A stretch of DNA of 64,000 bases from Eledone cirrhosa (GCA_964016885.1 OZ024740.1:37262001-37326000); one strand, 5' to 3'. Counted from the first letter of the stretch, positions 1 to 13,677 are shown. The notes: a model not told the origin generated them from the sequence alone. Made by a program: numbers and translations.

Positions 1-3000
1 CGGACTGCCCGGCACTATAAAAGACAGATTCTATGAGACACTGATGCTAACTACCTCCCAAATATCCGACAGTGACTATATAATTATCGCAGGCGACCTA
101 AATGGTCACGTTGGACAACATTGTGACGGCTACGACGAAATCCATGGAGGCTATGGGTTTGGTACTAGAAATGAGGAAGGCTCCAGAATCCTGGAATTCT
201 GTGATGCAAATAACCTAACTATCTGTAACACTAACTTCAAAAAACGTGACAATCACCTGATCACCTATAGATCCGGGGAACACACAAGCCAGGTAGATTA
301 TATCCTTACCAGAAGACGTGACAGAGTGTCTGTTGTAAACACTAAATCCCTCCCCCATGAAGAATGCACCTCCCAACATAGACTGATAATTAGCGACCTC
401 ATAGTCAGGACGAGACGTACTCGACAGCAGAAGAGGACTATCCTCAGGAGAAAAATATGGAAGCTAAAGGACCCCACAGCCAGGAATAAATTTCAAAGCA
501 TATTACTTGATGCTTTCGACAGTAAGGAAGAACATTTAGAGTCGGACAATATAGAGGGAGAGTGGGAATTTCTGAAAGCAAACCTGCTGTTGGCGACAGA
601 CGAAGTCTGTGGCTGGAGCAGGCCTGTAGGCAGGAGGAGAGTAACATGGTGGTGGAACAGTAAGGTGGAGGGGTCAATTAAGGCCAAAAAGCAGGCTTGG
701 AAAGTATGGCGGGATGGGGGAAGTAGAGAAGACTATCAAGTGGCCAGGAGGGAAGCTAGGAGACAAGTGTACTTAGCAAGAAGGGAAGCTGAGGAAAGAA
801 AGTTCAAGCATGTTCTACAACGCGATGACCAAAAACGTGAGGTGTTCAGGATTGCTAGGCAATGCGTCAAGGAAAACCGTGATATTGTCGGGGAGAAGTG
901 TGTACTAAACGACGATGGCACACTTGCCATCACCGACGCTGATAAGAAGGTAGCTTGGAAGTGTCACTATGAAAGGCTACTAAATGAGGAGAATAAATGG
1001 GAGAAAGACAGTCTCCCCCATATCGACCCAATAGAGGGACCAGCAGTGTTAGTCGAGGGGAGTATAATAAGTAAGGCAATCAAGGATATGAAGACGGGTA
1101 AGGCGGCTGGGCCTTCGGAAATAGTTGCTGAGATGCTGAAGGCATCTGGCACGGTGGGACACACCATGGTCACCCGCATAGTTAACCAAGTCGTACAGAA
1201 TGGGGTTGTTCCGAAGGACTGGCATAGCAGCATCATCGTTAACTGTTATAAGGGTAAAGGAGACGCCCTAGATAGGAGTAACTATAGAGGCATTAAATTA
1301 ATCGACCAGGTCATGAAGGTCACGGAAAAAGTAATAGCGCAACTAATCAGAGAGAGAATTGACCTAGATGAAATGCAGTTCGGGTTTGTGTCAGGCAAAA
1401 GTACCACAGACGCTCTTTTCATAGTACGACAACTACAGGAGAAGTACCTAGCTAAAGGTAAACCCCTCTACTTAGCTTTTGTCGACTTGGAGAAAGCCTT
1501 CGACAGAGTCCCCCGCTCCATTATCTGGTGGGCTCTTAGAAAACTAGGCGTTGACGAATGGCTTGTGAGGGCTATACAAGCCATGTATAAAGAAACAGTC
1601 AGCAAGGTTAGAATTAACAATGAATATAGTGAAGAGTTTAGCGTAAAAGTTGGCGTCCATCAGGGCTCTGTTCTCAGCCCACTACTATTTATTATTGCCC
1701 TTCAGGCTATAACAGAGGAGTTCAAGACAGGCTGCCCATGGGAACTCCTATACGCAGACGACCTGACACTCATAGCGGAATCAATGGCCGAGCTAGAGAA
1801 GAAATTCCAAACATGGAAGCACGGCCTAGAGTCAAAAGGACTTAAAATTAACCTGGCTAAGACCAAAGTACTAGTTTGTAGGAAAGAAAACAAGGCGGCG
1901 GTCCCTTCTGGGAAATGGTCGTGCTCGGTGTGTAGGAAAGGCGTAGGTAGAAACTCCATTTTATGTCCTAAATGCAAAGTATGGGTGCATAAAAGATGTA
2001 GTGGGATCACAGGTAAGCTAACTAAGAACATAGATTTTACATGTGGCCGGTGCTCTGGTGCAATAAGTAGCAGCAAGTGCCACAAAATACTAGCTCTTTC
2101 AATTGCGCAGAGGGTTCTATAGAAATAGTGGACAGCTTCCGTTACCTGGGCGATAAAATCAGCAGTGGGGGAGGGTGCTCTGAAAGTACTGTAGCTAGAG
2201 TCAGAACTGGTTGGAAAAAGTTCAGAGAGCTTATACCACTATTAGCTGCTAAAGGGTTCTCACTAAAAATGAAAGGCAGGTTGTATGATGCCTGCATACG
2301 AACAGCAATGCTGCATGGCAGTGAGACCTGGGCATTGTGTGCAGAGGATATACGCAGACTAGAGAGGAACGAAGCTTGCATGCTCCGCTGGATGTGTAAC
2401 AGTAATATACGTGAACGGCAAAGCATAAACGAACTAAGGAAAAAATTAGAGATAAGAGGGATCAGATGTTGTTTACTCGAGAGAAGGCTACGTTGGTATG
2501 GACACGTGATGCGCATGAAAGTCGATAGCTGTATAACAAAGTGCAGGGCAATAAAGATAGACGGTAGTCACGGAATAGGCAGACCTAGAAAAACCTGGGA
2601 CGAGCTGATAAACTCCGACATCACACACTTACACCTCTCCAAGACAATGTCACTGGACCGAGACCTTTGGCGGTACTCAGTAACAGAGAAGACCCGCCTT
2701 ACCTAAATATATAGTAAAACCTACTCCAGCCAGTAGGCATCTCTAACAAAATACACCCCGTCCCACCACCCCCACCCCCACCCCATCCACACCACCCCGT
2801 TCTATGTAAAGTTATGTTGGTGCCGCGCCATCCAGGCCGAAACAAATGAGATCGTGTAGGTGTCACGACAAAAAAACACACAGTCCACGCTGTAATGTGG
2901 CCGTGTAGGCAACACGGTAAAAACCTCCCAGACCCACACTGTAAATGTGGTTGGTGTTAGGAAGGGCATCCAACTGTAGAAAACCTGCCAGACAGTCCTA

Positions 3001-3105
3001 TGCGAGCAAGACAATCACTCTTGCCTCAAGTGGGACTACCCCCGTCCAAACCCATGCAAGCGTGGAACACGGACGTTAAACGTTGATGATGATGATGATG
3101 ATGAT
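1..3105 (+). mobile_element. RTE-clade non-LTR retrotransposon (subfamily A), near full length, 5' end outside the window; APE endonuclease + RT + PHD; ends in a (GAT)n tail followed by TA repeat
   Basis: APE motifs GDLNGHVG, SQVDYIL, SQHRLI; RT motifs NYRGIKL, QFGF, FVDLEKAFD, GVHQGSVLSP, LLYADD; RTE C-terminus [18 protein letters not shown]; 3' UTR 2707-3084 then gatgatgat. Confidence 0.95.
44..2706 (+). pseudogene. RTE ORF2 (EN-RT-PHD) split by a single 1-bp frameshift near 2080
   Basis: ORFs 44..2122 and 2077..2706 overlap. This copy reads aagtgccacaaaat whereas the paralog near 31420 (-) reads aagtgcccacaaaat and runs through in frame (SSKCPQNTSS). Confidence 0.9.
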
Positions 3106-3119
3106 GTATATATATATAA

Positions 3120-3759
3120 CTTTGAATAACTTTGAAATGTTTTGGCCAGTATTGGCCCAGGCCATGTCTAACTTAATAGCACCACCTGGCGAAGTCCTTC
3201 AATTCAGGATTTGGGCACCATGGCCCATTCGAGAAGAGAATTACTGTTTGCGGAGACATATCCGGGTGTGGGTGGTTTGTCCGGGATTACTTGGAGGAAT
3301 TTGTCCAAAGACTTCTTGAATTTTGTGTGGTCAGTTTCTGTTTTGACGTGTCCTGGTGTGATGTTGAAGAGAGCAGGGCCGATTGAGGTGAAATAATTGT
3401 GCCGTATTGTTGTTATGAGTTGCGATTTAGATTTTTGAATGGGACGGATAGCACGGGGCCCAAGCCTTGGGTGTATCTTGAAGGCGATGCCAACATCATT
3501 TGGGCAGTGATGATGGAACATTTTCCACATCATGCAGATAATATAACGCTCACGGCGACGTTGGAGTGAGTAAAGTTTCAGGTTTTCTAATTGACCCCAG
3601 TAGTCAAGGTCTGACATGCCATCTATCTTTTTCGTGATTGCCCTTTGAGTAGCTTCAAGTTTCATGATACTTTGTTTCGTGTGGGGAGATCACAGTGGAC
3701 AACAGTATTCAAGGTGTGGTCGGGCGAAAGTAGAGAAGAGAAGGATAATGGTGCGGGAA

Positions 3760-3762
<3 letters not shown>
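3120..3762 (-). mobile_element. 5'-truncated CR1/L2-group LINE, 3' fragment (C-terminal to RT)
   Basis: Minus strand reads [66 protein letters not shown], typical of a CR1-like ORF2 C-terminus; 5' end abuts a TA array. Confidence 0.85.
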
Positions 3763-3805
<43 letters not shown>

Positions 3806-3864
3806 ATATATATATATATGTATGTATGTATATATATATATATATATATGTATGTATATATATG

Positions 3865-3899
<35 letters not shown>

Positions 3900-3934
3900 G
3901 TATGTATGTATATATATATATATATGTATGTATG

Positions 3935-3967
<33 letters not shown>

Positions 3968-3980
3968 GTATGTATGTATG

Positions 3981-4013
<33 letters not shown>

Positions 4014-4040
4014 GTATGTATGTATATATATGTATGTATG

Positions 4041-4098
<58 letters not shown>

Positions 4099-4194
4099 TG
4101 TATGTATATATATATATGTAGATATATATATATGTATGTATGTATATATATATATGTATGTATATATATATATGTATATATATATATATGTATG

Positions 4195-4226
<32 letters not shown>

Positions 4227-4292
4227 TGTATGTATATATGTATATATATATATATATATGTATGTATATATGTATATATATATATATGTATG

Positions 4293-4325
<33 letters not shown>

Positions 4326-4351
4326 ATATATATATATATGTATGTATATAT
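3763..4351. repeat. (TA)n/(TATG)n imperfect microsatellite array
   Basis: Direct inspection. Confidence 0.98.
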
Positions 4352-4680
4352 GATATCCAATGATGTTGACTTGTTCTTCTTTTGGTAAATATCATCTTGG
4401 TTAAGAGAGTGGGACTGGCTTTGTGCAGTGCCTTTGCTCACTATAAAAGCTTCACGGCACAGGCATTGCTTTATATCTGGAGATCTCTCTGCACTTGTCG
4501 TCACATGGTACCATGGGCCCAGCACTATGTGTCAGTAATTGTCACAAGTGTAGTGTTTGTACCAGAGTTTTCAAGTCGCTGGCTGGACTAAAAAGTCACA
4601 CTCGTTCAGCGCATCGGTAGGGGTTCTCCTACATGGATATAAAGTAGTGGCCGTACTCGAAAACGAGTTGGCAGCCACCA
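4352..4680 (+). mobile_element. Short bipartite RTE/BovB-derived non-autonomous element (5'-UTR segment joined to last zinc finger and 3' terminus)
   Basis: 4357-4470 aligns by eye with 7580-7698 (RTE 5' UTR). 4540-4620 encodes [26 protein letters not shown], similar to 11220-11291. 4646-4680 matches 12642-12676. Confidence 0.75.
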
Positions 4681-4770
4681 TATATATATGTATGTATATA
4701 TGTATATATATATATATGTATGTATATATATATATGTATATATATATATATGTATGTATATATATATATG

Positions 4771-4817
<47 letters not shown>

Positions 4818-4890
4818 GTATGTATATATATATATGTATATATATATATATGTATGTATATATATATATATGTATGTATATATATATATG

Positions 4891-4941
<51 letters not shown>

Positions 4942-5022
4942 GTATATACATATATATATGTATATATATATATATGTATGTATATATATATATGTATGTA
5001 TATATATATATATATATGTATG

Positions 5023-5055
<33 letters not shown>

Positions 5056-5060
5056 GTATG

Positions 5061-5093
<33 letters not shown>

Positions 5094-5274
5094 GTATGTA
5101 TATATATATGTATATATATATGTATATATGTATATATATATATATGTATATATGTATGTATATATATATGTATATATATATGTATATATATATGTATATA
5201 TATATGTATATATATATGTATATGTATATATATATGTATATATATATGTATATATATATGTATATATATATGTA

Positions 5275-5327
<53 letters not shown>

Positions 5328-5560
5328 ATATATGTATGTATATATATATGTATGTATATATATATGTATGTATATATATATGTATGTATATATATATGTA
5401 TGTATATATATATATATGTATGTATATATATATATGTATGTATATATATATATGTATGTATATATATATGCATGTATATATATATATGCATGTATATATA
5501 TATATGCATGTATATATATATATGCATGTATATATATATATGCATGTAGATATATATATG

Positions 5561-5607
<47 letters not shown>

Positions 5608-5836
5608 GTATGTATATATATATATATGTATGTATGTATATATATATATATGTATGTATGTATATATATATGTATGTATGTATATATATATGTATGTATG
5701 TATATATATATGTATGTATGTATATATATATGTATGTATGTATATATATATGTATGTATATATATATGTATGTATGTATATATATATGTATGTATGTATA
5801 TATATATGTATGTATGTATGTATATATATATATATG

Positions 5837-5868
<32 letters not shown>

Positions 5869-6645
5869 TATGTATGTATATATATATATGTATGTATATA
5901 TATATATGTATGTATATATATATATGTATGTATATATATATATATGTATGTATATATATATATATGTATGTATGTATGTATATATATATGTATGTATGTA
6001 TATATATATATATGTATGTATGTATATATATATATGTATGTATATATATATATGTATGTATGTATATATATATGTATGTATATATATATATGTATGTATG
6101 TATATATATATATGTATGTATATATATATATGTATGTATGTATATATATATGTATGTATATATATATATGTATGTATGTATATATATGTATGTATGTATA
6201 TATATATATGTATGTATGTATATATATATATATGTATGTATGTATATATGTATGTATGTATATATATATATGTATGTATATATATATGTATGTATATATA
6301 TATATGTATGTATATATATATGTATGTATATATATATGTATGTATATATATATGTATGTATATATATATGTATGTATATATATATGTATGTATATATATA
6401 TGTATGTATGTATATATGTATGTATGTATATATGTATGTATGTATATATGTATGTATGTATATATATATGTATGTATATATATATATGTATATATATATA
6501 TATGTATGTATATATATATATGTATGTATATATATATATGTATGTATATATATATATGTATGTATATATATATATGTATGTATATATATATGTATGTATA
6601 TATATATGTATGTATATATATATGTATGTATATATATATGTATGT
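4681..6645. repeat. ~2-kb (TA)n/(TATG)n array with local TGCA variants (5470-5545)
   Basis: Direct inspection. Confidence 0.98.
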
Positions 6646-7364
6646 TGCATGCTCCGCTGGATGTGTAACAGTAATATACGTAAACGGCAAAGCATAAACG
6701 AACTAAGGAATAAATTAGAGATAAGAGGGATCAGATGTTGTTTACTCGAGAGAAGGCTACGTTGGTATGGACACGTGATGCGCATGAAAGTCGATAGCTG
6801 TATAACAAAGTGCAGGGCAATAAAGATAGACGGTAGTCACGGAATAGGCAGACCTAGAAAAACCTGGGACGAGCTGATAAACTCCGACATCACACACTTA
6901 CACCTCTCCAAGACAATGTCACTGGACCGAGACCTTTGGCGGTACTCAGTAACAGAGAAGACCCGCCTTACCTAAATATATAGTAAAACCTACTCCAGCC
7001 AGTAGGCATCTCTAACAAATACACCCCGTCCCACCACCCCCACCCGATCCACACCACCCCGTTCTATGTAAAGTTATGTTGGTGCCACGCCATCGAGGCC
7101 GAAACAAATGAGATCGTGTAGGTGTCACGACAAAAAAACACACAGTCCACGCTGTAATGTGGCCGTGTAGGCAACACGGTAAAAACCTCCCAGACCCACA
7201 CTGTAAATGTGGTTGGTGTTAGGAAGGGCATCCAACTGTAGAAAACCTGCCAGACAGTCCTATGCGAGCAAGACAATCACTCTTGTATCAAGTGGGACTA
7301 CCCCCGTCCAAACCCATGCAAGCGTGGAACACGGACGTTAAACGCTGATGATGATGATGATGAT
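6646..7364 (+). mobile_element. RTE subfamily A, 5'-truncated copy
   Basis: Near-identical to 2376-3105; (GAT)n tail; flanked by TATG arrays on both sides. Confidence 0.95.
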
Positions 7365-7504
7365 GTATGTATATATGTATGTATGTATATATGTATGTAT
7401 ATATATATGTATGTATATATGTATGTATATATATGTATGTATGTATATATGTATGTATGTATGTATATATGTATGTATGTATATATGTATGTATGTATGT
7501 ATGT

Positions 7505-10500
7505 CAGGGCATTCTTCTAGGAGAAGGCAACTCAGGAAACTGGGATAACTCCGATATAAAACCTACGGCTCAGTAGTTACCGATGATGTTGATCTTTTCT
7601 TCTTTTCGGGTTATAGCTACTGTCGTTCAGAGAGTGGGATTGGCTCAGTGCACAGTCTTTCCTCACTTTAAAAATATTCGTCACGCACAGGCATTGCTCG
7701 AGTGCATTAATAATTATTAATAGTGTACTATTATTATTATTATTATTACTTTTTTTTTTCCAATTCAATGATGTTCCAGAACAAGGTAAAAGAGATAATT
7801 GGCAATTTAGGTTCTGGAACAAAAAAGATCATTGGCATTAAGGGCAGGGGCCCCAAGTTATCACAGCCTGGGCCCGCTCGTCATCGTGCCATTGTAATAG
7901 AGCCAAACAAGGCATTTAGTCTTGGCTGCTGGAACGTACGGACGCTGCTTGACACGGATTCCTTGGAGCGTCCTGAACGAAGGACCGCTCTTGTTGCAAA
8001 GGAGCTTTGACGTTACGATCTTGACATCGTGGCTTTATCTGAGACGAGGTTAGCTGGAGATGGTCATCTTATGGAATTTTGTGGAGAATATACATTCTTC
8101 TGGAAAGGAAGAGATGAAGGAACCAGAAGAGAGGCTGGGGTAGGATTTGCTGTTAAGACTGTACTTGTGAATAAATTAGAAGAATTCCCAGTGGGGATTA
8201 GTGAGCGTCTTATGTCCATGAGAGATCCGCTGGACAAGGGAAGATATGCTACCCTGGTGAGTGTGTATGCGCCAACTATGAATTCTGTCGATGAAGAAAA
8301 ACTGTCCTTTTACCATGCCTTGAAAGGTGTTCTAAGAAATATCCCTCAGGCAGACAAAGTCATTGTGCTTGGTGACTTTAATGCTAGAGTGGGTAGGGAT
8401 TTTAACACATGGAATGTAATCGGAAGGCATGGGGTGGGAAAGTGTAACAGCAATGGTATGCTCCTGCTGCAGATGTGTGAGGAGCTGGATCTGTGTGTTA
8501 CCAACACCATGTTCCAACAAAAGAACAAATTCAAGACCACATGGATGCATCCTGCATCTAAGGAATGGCATCTTTTGGACTACGTCCTAGTCAGGATGCG
8601 TGACAGACAGGATGTGCAGTGTGTTCGTGTTCTTCATGGAGCTGAGTACTGGACGGACCACCGCCTGGTACGCGCAAAAGTGAAACTAATCACCAAACGT
8701 AAAATCCGGGCTCCTGGTGTTACCCTGCCCAAAAGATTGAATGCTGCTCGTCTTAAGGATAAAAATGTGAAGAGGACATTGGAAGAAGAGATGCAGGTTG
8801 CAGATCTTGGTGAGGATTGGCCGACCCTTAAAAAGTCGGTTTATGATGTGGGCAGGCGTGTTCTGGGATTGGTGCAGAGAAAACATCAGGACTGGTTTAA
8901 TGAGAATGATGTACATATAGAAGACTTGTTGGCTGATAAGAGGCGTGCTCTGTCACGCTACTTGATGGCAAAACCACAGGAGAGGAATACGTTGCATGAG
9001 GAGCTCAGGGATGTAAAATCACGTGTTAGGCGGAGTCTTTCTCAGATGAAGGATCAGTGGTGGAGTGAGAAGGCTGGTGAGATACAAACTGCGTCTGATT
9101 CCAATAACACAAAGCTGTTGTACAGTCTCTTGCGTGAGGTTTATGGACCGTCTTCTTTGGTGACACTGCTTTGCAGCAAGGATGGCAAAGAACTTCTTTG
9201 TGACTCACAGGGAATTCTACGAAGGTGGCGAGAGCACTTTGATGATCTTTTGAATCAGCCGTCTGTCGTCAGTGAAGATTTCCTCAATCTCATTCCAGAA
9301 AGTCCTGTGAAAGTAGCTCTCGCAGAACCTCCGACGCTTGTGGAGGTTGCAGTGGCTATTTCGAAGCTGAACAGTGGAAGATCTCCAGGTATGGATAGCA
9401 TACATGCTGAGCTCCTACAATATGGTGGTGAGAGACTCCTGCAACATCTGCACTCTTTGTTTGGAAGGATATGGGCTAATGAATCCGTACCTGAGGACTG
9501 GAGAGATGCAGTAATGGTGGTCTTGTACAAGGGAAAGGGTAACAGGAATGATTGTGGGAACTACAGAGGTATATCATTGCTTTCTGTCGTAGGGAAAGTT
9601 TTATGTAGGGTGCTTCTGGACCGTCTGCTGACACACATTGCAGATTGTGTTCTTCCTGAAAGTCAATCTGGTTTTCGTGCTGGACGCGGCACTACTGATA
9701 TGATCTTCTCAGCCAGACAGCTCCAGGAGAGGTGCATTGAACAAGGCTTGGATCTGTATCAGGTTTTTGTCGATCTGACAAAGGCTTTCGATACTGTCAA
9801 CAGAGATGCATTATGGAAGGTTCTCCAGAAACTTGGTTGCCCTGATAAGTTCCTTGCTTTAGTTAGGTCTTTCCATGACGACATGAAGGCTTGGGTTAAT
9901 GTCGGAGGTAATATGTCAGAGCCTATCTCAGTAAAAAATGGAGTGAAACAGGGGGATATTCCAGCACCAACCCTGTTTGCCATATACTTTGCAATGGTTT
10001 TCTGTATTGCATTCAGGAATTGCGAGCATGGTGTTTACATCCGATATCGAACCTCAGGCAGCATATTTAACATCAGGCGCTTTGCTGCGAAGACAAAAGT
10101 ATTTACATCAATCATAAGAGACCTCTTGTATGCAGATGATTGCGATCTTGTAGCGCACACAGAGAGTGATATGCAGCACATTTTGAATGCATTTTCTGAC
10201 GCTTGCACTGCCCTGGGTTTGACTGTCAGTCTCAAGAAAACCGTTGTCATGTACCAACCTGCCCCTAGTAAGCAGTACACTGAACCAAACATCTATGTGT
10301 ATGGCAAACGACTTGGAGTGGTTGATTAGTTTGTCTACCTGGGAAGCACTGTCAATTGATACTGCAACCTTGACAGTGAAATCTCACTTAGGATTAGGAA
10401 AGCAAGTGATGCTTTCGGAAAGCTAGAAAGGCGACTCTGGGGTCGGCGAGACATATGCAGGAGGACAAAGGTAAAGGTGTACAGGGCATGTGTACTCTCT

Positions 10501-11299
10501 TGTCTTCTTTTTGCCTGCGACACCACCTTAAGCAATTGGAGCGTTTCCATCAGATGTGTCTCAGACGGATCCACGGCGTTCACTGGAGTGACCACATCAG
10601 TGATGTCGAGATTTTGGAAAGCTCTATGTGTGACAGTATAGAAGCTCTTGTGCTTAAGCAACGACTCCGTTGGAGTGGTCACCTTGCCAGGATGAAGGAT
10701 TCTAGAATACCAAAACAACTCTTTTATGGAGAGTTGGTTAAAGGAAAACGACCGCCACATAAACCAAAAAAGAGGTATAAGGATTCCTTGAAAGCCTCTC
10801 TGAAAGACGATAACATCTCTGCTGATACATGGGAGAATATTGCTGCTGATCGTAATAAATGGAGAAAGACTGTATATGAGGGAAAAGTTGCCTTTGAGGC
10901 ATCTCGAATCGCATACGAGAAAGTAAAGCGGGATGTGAGGAAGGGCATTGCTGTTGCACTTCCAGATGGCGAGGTTCCTCCTATGGTGCTGACATGCAGC
11001 GTATGTGTGAGACTCTGCCTAAGCAAAGCTGGACTCGAAAGTCATCTTTGCAGTCATAACGTAAGACCAGTGGTTGACTACCAGGCTGCTGTTGGAGATG
11101 CTACTCATCATGCTTGCCAAACATGTGGTAGAGAATGTAAATCAGCAGGAGGGCTCAAGCGACATGCAAAAGTACACTAACTCCAACCACAGCCGACTAT
11201 TCCCAGTGAATGTTTTGGTTGCCGACTCTGTGCAAGACATTTTAGATCATTGGCTGGGCTAAAAAGCCACATTCGATTGCAGCGCTGTTAGTTGCTATC
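7505..11299 (+). mobile_element. RTE/BovB-type LINE, near full length but inactivated (APE + RT + three C2H2-like zinc fingers)
   Basis: 5' UTR motif ctaggagaaggcaactc; GCWNVRTL, ALSETR, GDFNARVG, TDHRLV; NYRGISLLS, QSGFR, FVDLTKAFD, GVKQG, LLYADD; RLRWSGHLARM. Stops at 8008, 10327 and 11178, plus a frameshift or deletion near 10450. Fingers CSVC..H..H, CQTC..H..H, CRLC..H. Confidence 0.93.
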
Positions 11300-11590
11300 G
11301 TGTGTGTGTGTGTGTGTAGATATGCTTATGTGTGTGCGTGTGTGTGTATATATATATATGTATATTATTATTAAGTTAAAAATGTACATCTACATATGCA
11401 TACTGAAATACTAGTGTGCATATGAATACACACACGTATACATATGTAGATGTAACAAGTCTTTCACTGGTTACTTTACTGTGAGTAACCCAGCTATTCT
11501 GTATGTAAACACACAGACAAACCGGTTTTTAGAGTCATACTGGTTTTCGAGGAAACACCTTTCCTCTATTCTCCAGAAAGCCAGACAAGG

Positions 11591-11635
11591 AATATTGAAC
11601 TAGTTTCGTTGTTGTTACAACTCATCAGCAATATT
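11591..11635 (-). ncRNA. Minimal hammerhead ribozyme, inverted copy of 12112-12156
   Basis: Reverse complement of the + strand motif. Confidence 0.85.
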
Positions 11636-12111
11636 TACCTATCTACCGGCCTTTCTGGAGAATTGTAAAAGCACATATCGTTATATGCTTTTTCTATGAA
11701 AATTAGTAGTGGGCAGACTAATTTGCATAGAGTGTGAGTACGCACCGGTTCAGCGGAGACGATAAAAACAAATAACGAAACGAAATTAAATTTCGTTTCG
11801 TTTGTAACTCACTTTTGTATGACTGACGCTTAAACAATTAAGTTAAAAATGTACATCTACATATGCATACTGAAATACTAGTGTGCATATGAATACACAC
11901 ACGTATACATATGTAGATGTAACAAGTCTTTCACTGGTTACTTTACTGTGAGTAACCCAGCTATTCTGTATGTAAACACACAGACAAACCGGTTTTTAGA
12001 GTCATACTGGTTTTCGAGGAAACACCTTTCCTCTATTCAACTAATTTTCATAGAAAAAGCATATAACGATATGTGCTTTTACAATTCTCCAGAAAGGCCG
12101 GTAGATAGGTA

Positions 12112-12156
12112 AATATTGCTGATGAGTTGTAACAACAACGAAACTAGTTCAATATT
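12112..12156 (+). ncRNA. Minimal type I hammerhead ribozyme
   Basis: Stem I aatattg/caatatt; core CTGATGA (12119-12125); stem II gttg-taacaa-caac; GAAA (12140-12143); palindromic stem III actagt; GUU site. Stem I is extended by attctccagaaag/ctttctggagaat. Confidence 0.85.
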
Positions 12157-12541
12157 CCTTGTCTGGCTTTCTGGAGAATAGAGGAAAGGTGTTTCCTCGA
12201 AAACCAGTATGACTCTAAAAACCGGTTTGTCTGTGTGTTTACATACAGAATAGCTGGGTTACTCACAGTAAAGTAACCAGTGAAAGACTTGTTACATCTA
12301 CATATGTATACGTGTGTGTATTCATATGCACACTAGTATTTCAGTATGCATATGTAGATGTACATTTTTAACTTAATTGTTTAAGCGTCAGTCATACAAA
12401 AGTGAGTTACAAACGAAACGAAATTTAATTTCGTTTCGTTATTTGTTTTTATATTATTATTGTTGTTGTCGTTATTATTATTGTTGTTATTATTATTATT
12501 ATTGTTATTAATGTATGTGTGTGTGTGTGTATATGCGTATC

Positions 12542-12582
<41 letters not shown>

Positions 12583-12636
12583 TCTTTTTATTTATTTATT
12601 ATAATTATTATTATTATTATTTTTATTTTTTTTTCT

Positions 12637-12676
12637 TGTGCAATGGCCATACTCGATAACGAGAGGGCAGCCATCA
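12637..12676 (+). mobile_element. Detached 3' terminus of the RTE/BovB-type LINE
   Basis: tggccatactcgataacgagagggcagccatca matches the 3' end of the 4352-4680 element, including the ctcg-nnnn-cgag hairpin. Confidence 0.7.
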
Positions 12677-12678
12677 TG

Positions 12679-12710
<32 letters not shown>

Positions 12711-12760
12711 TATATGTATGTATATATATATATGTATGTATATATATATATGTATGTATG

Positions 12761-12819
<59 letters not shown>

Positions 12820-12936
12820 GTATATATATATGTATGTATGTATATATATATATGTATGTATGTATATGTATGTATGTATATATATATATGTATGTATATA
12901 TATATATGTATATATATATATGTATGTATGTATATG

Positions 12937-12968
<32 letters not shown>

Positions 12969-13139
12969 TATGTATATATATATATGTATGTATATATATA
13001 TATGTATGTATATATATATATGTATGTATATATATATATGTATGTATATATATATATGTATGTATATATATATATGTATGTATATATATATATGTATGTA
13101 TATATATATATGTATGTATATATATATATATATGTATGT

Positions 13140-13180
<41 letters not shown>

Positions 13181-13638
13181 TATGTATGTATATATATATA
13201 TATGTATGTATGTATATATATATATATATGTATGTATATATATATATGTATGTATATATATATATGTATGTATATATATATATGTATGTATGTATGTATA
13301 TATATGTATGTATGTATATATATGTATGTATGTATATATATGTATCTATGTATATATATGTATGTATGTATATATATGTATGTATGTATATATATGTATG
13401 TATGTATATATATGTATGTATGTATATATATATATGTATGTATATATATATATGTATGTATGTATGTATATATATGTATGTATGTATATGTATGTATGTA
13501 TATATATATATGTATGTATGTATATATATGTATGTATGTATATATATGTATGTATGTATATATATGTATATATATATATGTATGTATATATATATATGTA
13601 TGTATGTATGTATATATATGTATGTATGTATATATATG

Positions 13639-13677
<39 letters not shown>

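Larger units (their letters stand above)
11369..12450. mobile_element. ORF-less fold-back module with Penelope-type terminal-repeat architecture (partial tandem plus inverted copy of a ~410-bp unit)
   Basis: 11369-11707 and 11764-12038 are overlapping direct copies; 12039-12450 is their reverse complement; carries a hammerhead motif. Confidence 0.8.

Noticed and set aside
444-2516. Antisense ORFs overlapping the LINEs (also 8332-10760, 30862-31362, 34115-37002, 45829-46275)
   Set aside because: Shadows of the sense RT frames with no independent motifs.
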